50,568 nucleotides of DNA, taken from NCBI GenBank assembly GCA_032718475.1, contig JAUCBJ010000323.1, forward strand, positions 1-50,568. The letters are read 5' to 3'. A program made the translations under genes and the position numbers. How positions within the stretch are numbered: position 1 is the stretch's first letter; the number at the start of each line of letters is the position of its first letter. Positions 12,006 through 22,276 of the stretch are shown here, in pieces. The DNA is from Nemertoderma westbladi (Eukaryota; Animalia; Xenacoelomorpha). Below the pieces are notes generated by a model. The model saw only the letters and a program-made list of their open reading frames with translations, ran no database searches and was not told where the DNA came from.

Positions 12006-14288
12006 TTGCCAGATCACTACGTGAGACACCCCGACAAACCAGACAAAGTACGTGTAGTCAATGACTGCGCGGCTCTGTTTGAGGGAATGTCCCTCAATAG
12101 TGAGTTAATGGATGGACCAAACATGAATAATTATCTTATGGGGGTGATTATGCGCTTCCGTCAGCGTCAAGTAGCCTTTACTTGTGACGTCGAAGCTATG
12201 TTTCACCAAGTGAGAGCGTTAGAGCAAGACAGAGACAGTTTAAGGTTCCTCTGGTACCCGGAAGGAGACTTAAGTCTACCACCGGTGACTTACCAAATGC
12301 AAGTTCGCGTTTTCGGTGCCAGGGACAGCCCAAACTGTACGATGTACGCCCTAAAGCAAGCCGCTAGGGATCAGAAACATATATATGACCCAGAGATAAT
12401 TAAGATCGTAGAACGTGACTTTTATGTAGACGATGGTTTACAGAGTTGTGACACAGTAGAACGTGCTATTACAGTAGCACATCAATTACGAGACTGCTTA
12501 GCGGGCGGAGGTTTTAACTTCACCAAATTCGCCTCAAACAGTGCCGAATTGGTAGACTCATTCGGAACGACTGAGCGTGGAGGTGGTGACATTGACCTAG
12601 AGTTCGAACCACTACCGACGACCAAGGTGTTGGGGCTCTTTTGGGACCCAAACACGGACAACTTTCGAGTGAAGGTGAGACTGGACACTCAAGAAAACAC
12701 TCTGACAAAGAGATCCTGCTTGTCAAAATTGAGTCGATTGTTCAATCCATTAGGATTCATCAGTCCAATAATACTGCAAGCCAGAATTTATATGCGCAGT
12801 ATTTGGAAGGATGGACTGACATGGGACGAGCCGATCTCATCAGAACAAGTGGACTTATGGAAAACCTGGGAGGCAGAATTATCTTCGCTAGAGGATTATT
12901 CCATACCCAGAGTCTACTTTCCATTACAAACGACGTTTCCTGACAACTTGGAATTACATTGTTTTTCCGACGCCAGTGACAACGGCTTTGGTGTGGCAGC
13001 GTACTTGCGCAGACAAGTAGACTCAGAAGAGTTCGATGTTTCGCTCATTACTTCTAAGGCTAAGACCATGCCTACTAAGTATATGACGACACCACGAGCT
13101 GAGTTACAAGCCGCAACCCTGTCAACCACAATCGTGAACCTTATACAGACGGAACTACAGTCAAGTTTACAGATATTTTATTGGACTGACGCGACGTTGG
13201 TTTTATTTTACATAAACAACGACACACTTGAATTCAAGACATTCGTAGCTAACCGTCGCGCAGAAATTCTAGACCGTTCAATAAAGGAAGATTGGCGACA
13301 TTGTCCCGGACCACAAAACCCAGCCGATATTGCGTCAAGAGGAATGATGCCTGAGGAATTCTGTAAACCGGAGAACAAAGAATTTTGGCAGCACGGACCA
13401 CAATTCTTGCAAAGATCAACACTACATTGGCCGCCACTATACGACAACAAGTCTAACACTATCCCTAAAGACGCGGAAATTAAAAAACCAAAGAAAGGGA
13501 AAGCAAAGAAAAGGACGACGGCAAAACTCAAGAAAAAACCGATGGCGAAATGCAATGATATAACTTCAAAGGTCAAGAACGGAAGACTTGCGAGCCTTTC
13601 TACACCAGACATATCGCCAGATGGTCAACCAGACGCGTTACTAGACGGTCAACCAGACACTTTGCCAGACATAGCACAAAATGTTCTACCAGACACTAGT
13701 AACATATTGACAAATAGTAAAGCCGCAGTTTCTCTATTGGAGCGGCCTTCTATTGACAAACAACCAGACGCGTTACTAGACGATCAACCAGACGTTTTGC
13801 TAGACACGTCACTAGATATTTCGCCGGATGTTCCGCGAAACATTTTACCAGACATGTCACAAAATGTTCTACCAGAAACTAGTAACATATTGACAAATAG
13901 TAAAGCCGCAGTTTCCCTATTGGAGCGGCCTTGTATCGACAAACTACCAAATTTGACACACTTGAGCAACAATAAGCACAGTGAAACCTCATGTATTACA
14001 GATGTGGGTAGTACCTACGCTAATGTAAATACAGGTGTTACTTTGCGCTCAAGAGACATACCAAACTTGCAACCTATGGTGAGACCCGGGATTAATATCG
14101 GCAGAAAAATAAGTTTACCGAAACCCAGTGACCCCATAGAGTTCAAACCACCATTAACGATCGACTTACAAAGTACTGACAACCAAGGTAAGAAAACAAA
14201 GAAGGACAAATTACTTGTAGACCCGGACGGATCAACAGTCAACAAGGGAATACCTACCGGCGGACCCGTGGGCCCTTTTAGTAAATAA
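12006..14288 (+). CDS. RT-RNase H segment of A pol
   Basis: YVDD catalytic motif, Pao-type RNase H motifs, then a low-complexity linker with an ~183-bp duplication. Confidence 0.9.
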   Translation: MPDHYVRHPDKPDKVRVVNDCAALFEGMSLNSELMDGPNMNNYLMGVIMRFRQRQVAFTCDVEAMFHQVRALEQDRDSLRFLWYPEGDLSLPPVTYQMQVRVFGARDSPNCTMYALKQAARDQKHIYDPEIIKIVERDFYVDDGLQSCDTVERAITVAHQLRDCLAGGGFNFTKFASNSAELVDSFGTTERGGGDIDLEFEPLPTTKVLGLFWDPNTDNFRVKVRLDTQENTLTKRSCLSKLSRLFNPLGFISPIILQARIYMRSIWKDGLTWDEPISSEQVDLWKTWEAELSSLEDYSIPRVYFPLQTTFPDNLELHCFSDASDNGFGVAAYLRRQVDSEEFDVSLITSKAKTMPTKYMTTPRAELQAATLSTTIVNLIQTELQSSLQIFYWTDATLVLFYINNDTLEFKTFVANRRAEILDRSIKEDWRHCPGPQNPADIASRGMMPEEFCKPENKEFWQHGPQFLQRSTLHWPPLYDNKSNTIPKDAEIKKPKKGKAKKRTTAKLKKKPMAKCNDITSKVKNGRLASLSTPDISPDGQPDALLDGQPDTLPDIAQNVLPDTSNILTNSKAAVSLLERPSIDKQPDALLDDQPDVLLDTSLDISPDVPRNILPDMSQNVLPETSNILTNSKAAVSLLERPCIDKLPNLTHLSNNKHSETSCITDVGSTYANVNTGVTLRSRDIPNLQPMVRPGINIGRKISLPKPSDPIEFKPPLTIDLQSTDNQGKKTKKDKLLVDPDGSTVNKGIPTGGPVGPFSK

Positions 14289-14456
14289 AAACCTTCCAAA
14301 TTCTCCATTGACTTACCTGATGACGTCACAAATACTTACGTCGACCGTATTGTAAACTTAACAGATTCTTGGACAAACGCTTGCCGAAAATTAGCGTGGA
14401 TTGTACGTTTTGTACAATACGTTAAAGGCAAACGCGACTTTACACGTCGACTTACA

Positions 14457-15848
14457 TTGACTGAGATTGACAGGTGTGAAATTAAATTAATTCGCCATTA
14501 CCAACTGCGATATTTCGCACGCGAATTCACATCTATAAATCAAGGTCAACCAATCAAGTCGTCACCAATATTGAGTTGGAGTCCGATAATTTATAATGGC
14601 TTAATTTGTCATAAATCTCGGCTTCAAAATATTGACTTTAATACTGACTTTAGGTACCCAATAATAATACCGCAACATCACGAGTTACAACGTGCAATGA
14701 TACTGGACGCACATTTACATCTGAAACACGCTGGAAGACACCACTGTCTTTCCTACTTACGTACAAGATTTGTATTAAGTAGACCCAGTAAAGCGTTAAG
14801 TTCAGTGACACGTACGTGTATTATTTGTAAAAAGGTACACTCTAGAATAGGTACCCAAGAAATGAGTGAACTTCCACAAGCACGACTTCAAGCATTCAGA
14901 CCACCTTTCACAGAGACTGGAATTGATTGCTTTGGTCCCATACATACGAAACGTGGACATATACTAGTAAAACGCTGGGGACTGATTTTCACATGTATGT
15001 CCAGTAGGGCAGTTCATATTGAACGTGTGATGGATCTTTCCACCAACGCGTTTATACTAGCATTGCGGCGATTTATCGCCAGACGCGGACTAGTGAAATG
15101 CTTGTACTCAGACCAAGGGACAAACTTTGTTGGTGCTCGAAATGAGATTGCTAGAGCCTTTAAGAAATTAGATCATGATCAAATCTCAAACGAACTACGT
15201 CCTTACAAGATTGTTTGGAAGTTTAATCCTCCAGATAGTCCATGGAGAGGCGGAGTCTGGGAGAGATTGATCAGATCTATCAAAACGGCAATGGCAAAGG
15301 TCATTCCAGTAAACCACATATTGACAGACGACCAACTGACAACACTGTTTGTTGAAATCGAGGCAATACTAAATACTAGACCAATAGTATTAGTACCCGA
15401 TGACAAACAATCCCAGTTTGCTTTAACACCAGCACACCTGCTTATGCAGGCACCGACTACTTTGACGCCTATTTCTTTTCCAATAGAAGGCGATAGCTAC
15501 GGTAGAAAAGCGTGGAAAATCACGCAACTACTAGCTAACAAATTCTGGGAAATATGGCAAAACCATTATTTGCCCTCTATTTCTGCCAGAACAACATGGT
15601 ACAATAACACCCGCGCATTAAAGCCGGGAGATCACGTGCTGTTAGCGGAAGTGAATCTAAAAAGACGCTTCTGGATAACAGGTGTAATTTTAGCCACACA
15701 TCCATCTATGGATGGAGTGACAAGAACTGTGACGGTACGGACAATTGACGGTCGTACAGTAGACAGACCGACTCAACGTCTCGTACTTCTTGAAGAGACT
15801 CGTAACGAGTCTGGAGACTACAAATCTCCAACAAATGTTAGTAAATAA
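14457..15848 (+). CDS. DDE integrase segment of A pol
   Basis: HHCC zinc motif; D (GIDCFGP), D (SDQGTNF), E (WERL); Pao-type C-terminus RPTQRLVLLE. Confidence 0.92.
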   Translation: MTEIDRCEIKLIRHYQLRYFAREFTSINQGQPIKSSPILSWSPIIYNGLICHKSRLQNIDFNTDFRYPIIIPQHHELQRAMILDAHLHLKHAGRHHCLSYLRTRFVLSRPSKALSSVTRTCIICKKVHSRIGTQEMSELPQARLQAFRPPFTETGIDCFGPIHTKRGHILVKRWGLIFTCMSSRAVHIERVMDLSTNAFILALRRFIARRGLVKCLYSDQGTNFVGARNEIARAFKKLDHDQISNELRPYKIVWKFNPPDSPWRGGVWERLIRSIKTAMAKVIPVNHILTDDQLTTLFVEIEAILNTRPIVLVPDDKQSQFALTPAHLLMQAPTTLTPISFPIEGDSYGRKAWKITQLLANKFWEIWQNHYLPSISARTTWYNNTRALKPGDHVLLAEVNLKRRFWITGVILATHPSMDGVTRTVTVRTIDGRTVDRPTQRLVLLEETRNESGDYKSPTNVSK

Positions 15849-16407
15849 TTAGGAGTTTACAAATAGATTTCCACATACCTGTACACCATAGTAAGGACAG
15901 CGGTAGAATTCCATTGTCTTTATATGTGAACATTGAGGGTAGTACCCTTATGTGTCACATAGGAGCGGGATTTGTAGGTATAAGAAATGGAATTCTACTT
16001 GGAACTCACAATATTGAGACATTTTCGAAATTTTAGACAATCCATTTGGATTCGAAAATTTTTAAAATTTTCTCCAGTGAATAGATTTCAGGGTACACTG
16101 TACAGTCGGGTGGAACTTAAAATTAGAGAAACAAGAGAGGAAGACTTGCGAGCCTTTCTTAAAATTTTAATTAAATTTTACACGGTCTTGTTTCAATAAG
16201 TTACGTCAAAATAGACTTCCCTATATTTATTACTAACTCTTGACTGCTTATTTTCTGATAATAGTTTGGGATCAAAAAGTGAGTATTTTAGACTCACAGC
16301 CAGTTTAGCCCAAATTCGTTTTTTATTTCGGCAAAAAATTTTAGATAAGAAACAGTGTGTCATTAAAGAAACCCTAGATCTTAGGCTATGGGTAGGAGGT
16401 TAGAGCG

Positions 16408-18376
16408 TTGTCGAGCCAAAAGGGCAGACGAAAACTCTCACGTCTCCTCACAACTAACTACAAACTCTGTTGTATTCCCTCTAGTAGTAATGATTATGTA
16501 ACTACACCTCAAATTATGGAGAAGGAGATACATGGAGAGCCGAGATGGGGATATGATATCCAAGAGGAAGCAGCAGCGCCATTCGAAAGATTTGGAGCCA
16601 AAGACTACACTATATTTGGTATAAAAGAATTATCAGAAAGTACTGCGAAACTCGCGAGAACTAAATATGACTCGAATGTATTAAAAAGAAGGCAAAACGC
16701 ATTAAATGAAAGAATCGAAAGTTTGCGCAAAACCTTCAATGAACTTTACCCGTACGACGCTTTGTGTGATACGGGAGACATTAGCGAAGACCCCGATACT
16801 GAAATTAGTCGTTTGTATCATACCATGCAATACCTAAAGGCGCACGAACCTATGCCCGCGGTACGCGATGAATTCGATGGAATGCACCTTTACAGACGAA
16901 CTCGAGGGGACGATAGAGAAACCAAGGAAGCATTTTCAGTTTATAAACTTTATTATCAATGCGGTTCTTGTATGCGCGAACAACGAAATGCGATTCCAAT
17001 GCGTTTGAATAAGGAAAATCCCGAACCGATATTGGCGAGGTGTTCGAACCATCAACAACTACGCTACCAGGAAGGAGGGTATCCTTTATCAAATCCATAT
17101 CATTCGTTTGCTATCACCGGACCAAAGGCGGGAGAAACTGTCGTTTACCCACCCAAGGTTGTTGAACCCGATGCATTTGAACTTACGCTGGACGAGGCGA
17201 ATCAGTCAACCCGCGAAAAGAAAGAAGCTCTTAGCCTATACAGAGCCTACAAGGTTTTCGAGAAAGGTGAGATGGAAGAATGGGGCGGAAGACTCGCGAG
17301 CCTACCTTACCATTGGACGTCACACGATCAAACTTCAGCTAAGGAGATGACACCGGAAATTTTCGAAAGTATAAACTTTGCCCAAAATGTTCAATCGTAT
17401 CACATATGGTGAATTTGACCGTTTTCGAACTGAAAAGCGGAATAAGGGAGCTTGGTTAACCGTCGCATGGGCATACCGAGCCGCGTTTTACCACAAACGT
17501 ATACGAGCGAGCGTATTCGAGGAAGAGGAGATCCTAGAGGCGACAAATATACCAGCCACTCCGGTTGCGCCGTCTGCACGTCACCCTCGGGAGGACGGAC
17601 AGGGTAGGATCATAAGGGCCGACTAAGTTATTAGTTTATTAATTATTTACTATTTATACTGTAATTACGTTTTATAATAAATTGTTCTGTACATTACATC
17701 TTTATCGTTGAGTCGGGCATTGTCACGCTCTCGGTAAAGTTGTACATGTACATAGTGTAATTACGTTTTATATTGGTTTTAGGTTAGCGTAGTGTAATAT
17801 TGTATTTGTAACCAAGTAACATAAAGGACCCCCTTGGAAATAAGCTGCAAAGCTTTAGGGGTAATCCTATATGTTATGTTGGACAATACCTCTATACCGG
17901 TACATTGTTTGGTGTATTTGTTATTGTTTTTACATAATGTATAAATAAATCTATCTATCTATAGGGTCCAGAAAGTGAGCCAACAATTAAAGAAGTCTAT
18001 TAATATAGAAGAACGCAAGGGAGTTGAGCCGACTATTCGAATTACTCGGGATACGGTATCGCTTCCTAGAGAACCAACAGGAGGATCGGGACATACACCA
18101 GCTGATCAAAAGGGGGCGCAAGCTACTCTTGGGTCTGCGTCGTCCGCTTCTCGCGCGTTCCCAGACGTTTTACCAACTGTAGTGACAACTGATCGGTCAC
18201 GAGGAATCGGTCGAGGTTTTGGGATGCCAAATAGACGAATTTGCGAGGAAATAGTCGCACCGTCTCTCAACGTCCAAACGAAACCAGTGACTCGCCCCAC
18301 GAGTCCCATATCGCGAGCAAAGTCACCTGTGCGCAGTTTTCGAGGACGTGGCAGGGCTCGATCAACTAAGCGATAA
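16408..18376 (+). CDS. Element A accessory ORF(s) downstream of integrase, function unknown; possibly spliced or frameshifted (16408-17412, 17378-17626, 17975-18376)
   Basis: 334-aa ORF with YYQCGSC...RCSNH. An AT-rich intron-like gap (~17605-17964) ends in tctatag. The last segment is basic and Ser/Pro/Arg-rich. Confidence 0.6.
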
Positions 18377-18481
18377 AAGGGAGGGCAAGGGTGGACGGAA
18401 GACTCGTGAGCCTTTCTTGTGAATTTTATGATTTATTTGAGTTATATATTTAATTAGTAAGTTTTGTATTCTGGAAGAACT

Positions 18482-18600
18482 CATATTTAGTAAGATTCAT
18501 ATTTAGTAAGATTTATATTTAGTAAGATTTATATTTAGTAAGATTTATATTTAGTAAGAATTTGTATTCAGTAAGAATTTGTATTTTGCAAGATTTATAT
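18482..18600 (+). repeat. 16-bp AT-rich minisatellite in the A 3' untranslated region
   Basis: atatttagtaagattt-type units in tandem. Confidence 0.8.
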
Positions 18601-19220
18601 TTTATATTTGTGTTTATTCCGAACTTATGCAATTTATATTGTTCCGAATATTATGCAATTTATATCTTATAAGCAGTATTTGTATTTACAGTGAAATAGA
18701 AAGTAAGAGTAGATGGAAGACTCGTGGGCCTTTCTTATAGTTTCATTTGTAAAGTGTTATATTTTGTATTTAGAAAGTTTTATAGTTAGAAAGTTTTGTA
18801 CTTAGAAAGACTCATATTTGTAATTATTCCGAACTTATGCAATCTACATTTAGGCACGAAAGTATTTGTAATTATTTGAATTTATGCAATATTTGAGATG
18901 CAATAGTAGATGGAAGACTCGCGAGCCTTTCTTATGATTTTCATTTATTTGTATTTGTAATTGTTTGAATTTATGCAATATTGAGATGCAATAGATTTAT
19001 ATTGGTGAATTTAATTTAGATTTATATTGTACTTACTTAGTAAAGCCTTAAATATGTAAAGTTTGAATTTGTAATTATTTTGTATCGAATCATTATGTAG
19101 AAAGGAAGTATTGTTTGAAATTTAATTTGTAATATATGTAAGTACGCCCTAAGTATTCTATAATTTGATTGATTATTGGTGAAAACCGTATATTTTATGC
19201 ACGATAATATCCTGTTTTCA

Positions 19221-19228
19221 TGGAGCGG
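19221..19228 (+). promoter_or_regulatory. Element A polypurine tract
   Basis: tggagcgg immediately before the 3' LTR; same core as the B PPT. Confidence 0.75.
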
Positions 19229-21122
19229 TATAGAATTATATTCCCTAAATGCCGTGGATTTTCAAAATTTTATTTTATTCGAATCAACTTTGCTAAAAGA
19301 TTACATTGAGTCCTCATTTGTATTTGCTATTCCTATTTGAACGATGATTATTCAAGTGGTTCAGTAGCTCAGTCGGTAGAGCGTTGGAAATTATATGTAG
19401 TGTGTATTGAGTTCGAATCCTAGTAGGTGCGAATTATTTTTTGTGCAGAATTTCAACTCATTTAAATTGACCGCTACAAATTAATTGCATTTGCTCGAAG
19501 TAAGATTAACCAATGAGACTGTAGTTATTAGATTGTAACCAATGTCGTACAAGTTATATATTTGCTGGACCAATAGCTATCTTTAAAAACCTGTTAGAAC
19601 CTATAGAACAATCGAGAATTTTCTCGATTGATTGCAGCACAAATTTGCTATATAAAGGTGCGATTTCGTTCATTAGTTATATATTCTTATATCTCAGTTA
19701 TCTATCGTATACATCACTATTACTTCTATTCTGTTTATTGTATAATAGTCATTGTTTGATTTTGTAATAAAAGTTAGAAATACTTGTCACATCTGCCCTT
19801 TTCTATCTGTTTTATCATGCTTCACCACGGTGAACTCAATTGAGGGACAGGATGGCTGGCTAGACATCGGGCCACAGCAATGAACGGGAACATCAAAGGA
19901 ATGTAGACAGGAGACAACCCGCAATATCACTCTTAGTTATTCGCCCATCGCCTGAAAGGTTAGACAGCGTTCGATGCCTTGCTACCTAAGTATAAGACCA
20001 AAGATCGAAGGTAGAAGTAGTGACACGCTGTACGCCTAAAATTACATCTAGGGACTGTACTGTTTTAATTCAGGAAAAAACCGCAGTAGTCCTTCATATT
20101 CCTACGGGTGGAGAGCAGGCAGAGATACTAGTACGCAGATAGGACGTAGGCACACCGGTACAAAGCATACACATTGGTAGGGTGCAGCAAACTGTACGCC
20201 TAACTCTTGCTAAGTACAGGTGCGTCTGCGACTATTTGTAGTACAACGGTGTCCATTGCATTAGAACTTGTAGGCTAGGAGGGTTACTGTGTTTCACCTG
20301 AATTAGGATTGTACCGTTCAGGCGGTAGGGCAGTTTACGACTAGGCGCAAATAAATTGAGGCTATTTCGGGATACTAACATCTACCGTGTCCCCGCCGAC
20401 ATCCTGATAGGAAGTTACCAGCCCACCTAGGTAACCAAAATTCTAGATAGGACGCCAGGCTAGCTATTAGTAACCGTACGCCTACTGTAGTAAACTAACA
20501 CATTTCTTCTTAGTATTAGGGACCTGGTAAAATAAAATTGCCGAATTCTGGGCGTAGCATTAACCTTATGCCTGAATTTGAGTCCTGGAAATACGCAAGA
20601 GGGGAAGGAGCCTTATCATTCGTGAGTATTGGACCTACAAGTTACAAAATTAGAATATTCGTAAAATGCACACCGTACCCAGTAATTATATATATGAAGG
20701 AGCAAAACTGATCTTGACGGTTCAGAATTAACACACGCGCGTTAGAAATTATTTACACCTCAAAATATATAAAATTAACTTTTGTCCGTACTGCGCTTTG
20801 CCCGCTAGTTAGACATCTCCAAATCTCTGCACCTAGCTAGCGTCTCTTTCGCCCAACCATATAAATCACACCGCGGCAAAGTATACGAGCCCCTTAGTCC
20901 GTCAGTGAGTCAGCCTGATTCTAGGATTCGCTGCGCGGGATTTGTTTTATCGAAGTTTGTCTGCTCGTAGACTGTTTTCTGCCTCACCGGTTATAAGGGA
21001 CCAATACTGCAATATATTCGCTTACTTGGAGTTTACTGTTTTGGTGAGAAGGTCGGATTTATGATTTGATTCACAAACTTTACAGTAAAATATTGCAGGT
21101 ATTGTTACTGTCTCTTCAAATA
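19229..21122 (+). repeat. Element A 3' LTR
   Basis: Direct repeat of 4149-6043, followed by TSD gccaa. Confidence 0.95.
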
Positions 21123-21127
21123 GCCAA

Positions 21128-21859
21128 ACATTAGTAGGCTTAGGTCATAGAAACGTATAACTGTTATCAAACCATAAACACCTCATTTTTACTGCTATTT
21201 ACTGTCGGTTATTAATTATATCAGTTGATGGAATATTATTATATTGGATAATATCGATAAATAATTATAAAACCCCAAATCTTCTTGATATACTGAAGGT
21301 AAGAGACCGGTTACATATAACAATTGCGACTTACATTATATTGGTTTTGGAGTGAATCTAATGCTATTTCATAGGCACTACATGTGTCGGTTGTTGTTCT
21401 CTTTATATGTGACTAAAATTAGTGAAGGTCGGCAGATCAGTGTGCAGTATTGTGCGGTAGTGTGCATGATTGTGACTGATAACAAAGCATCTCCTAAAGA
21501 ATGCGCTTTATACGTGAATCAATAGCCATCCCGTTGTGTCTAGTGTAAGTCATAACTCTGTTTACATATTTAGAGTGCCACGTCCTAAAGGAACTGTTAA
21601 TATTTCCCGAAAGTGAATAATATTTGTCAGAAATTATATATTAACGATCAGTCGAATAATACAGTAGGCCTACACCGCAATAAGGTCAAAGCTTCCGAAT
21701 TCAGTCTCCCGGGTATATCCAGCGGGTGAATGGTCGCGCATAGACTGGCTTCGGCTAATGTAGTGTATCAAATACTCGTCATAGGCTAAAGTCGATTTAT
21801 AATCTAGAAGACATCTAAATTTGGCAGGTTAAACTGCTAAAGGTCTGAAAGCGCAAACA
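21128..21859 (+). repeat. Element B 5' LTR, second part
   Basis: Continues the LTR after A; matches 45061-45718; ends ...gcgcaaACA, like 816 and 46893. Confidence 0.88.
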
Positions 21860-21870
21860 ATAACAGTTAT
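21860..21870 (+). promoter_or_regulatory. Element B primer-binding site, non-tRNA type, complementary to LTR 21157-21167
   Basis: ataacagttat abuts the LTR end; ataactgttat is at 21157-21167. Confidence 0.7.
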
Positions 21871-22276
21871 TAAGTTCTGATTGCAGTGTAGGCATTAAAT
21901 ATAGTTGTCTATTGTTCTGGTAGGAACAATAACAGTTATAATATTCTGATTGCAGTGTAGGCAATAAATACAGTTTAATATTGTTCTGGTAAGAACAATA
22001 ACAGTTATTGCTTCTGTATTGCAGTAGGCAATAAAGCTGAAGTACCGGTCAACCGGTACCCAGTAGGCCTAACTACCTAACCACCCGAACCGGTACTTAC
22101 AGCAGTACAGGTACAGCAGTATTATTTCGATTGTGATATATTGTATATTGTAGGCTGTTAGGGGATTAGTGATTGATCACCCCTTATTCCTTTGTATGGT
22201 TTACTTATTTCTGTCAGTTTTATTTATTTGTAGGCTAATATTGAGCAGAAGACGTGTAAGCCTGCTAGGATTGTAC

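Larger units (their letters stand above)
6855..15848 (+). pseudogene. Element A gag-pol polyprotein (Bel/Pao), disrupted by 2 stops and 2 frameshifts
   Basis: Gag: PKFSG..W..F and Cys/His knuckles CWRCTLHGHVRKDC, CPSCGRNH. PR: ILDSAS. RT: DVEAMFHQV, FYVDD. RNase H: CFSDAS, PRAELQAA, NPADIASRG. IN: H-H-C-C, GIDCFGP, SDQGTNF, GGVWERLI. Lesions: TGA at 8925, cactg duplication at 9721-9730, frameshift near 12000, TAA at 14286. Confidence 0.92.
4149..21122 (+). mobile_element. Element A: full-length Bel/Pao LTR retrotransposon (~17 kb) with 5-bp TSD GCCAA
   Basis: Near-identical LTRs at 4149-6043 and 19229-21122. TSD gccaa at 4144-4148 and 21123-21127. The empty site ttagccaaacattag is present in the B 3' LTR (~45052-45066). 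Domain order gag-PR-RT-RH-IN. Confidence 0.95.

Noticed and set aside
16408-17412. env gene
   Set aside because: No signal peptide, transmembrane helix or Cys-rich ectodomain pattern is visible.
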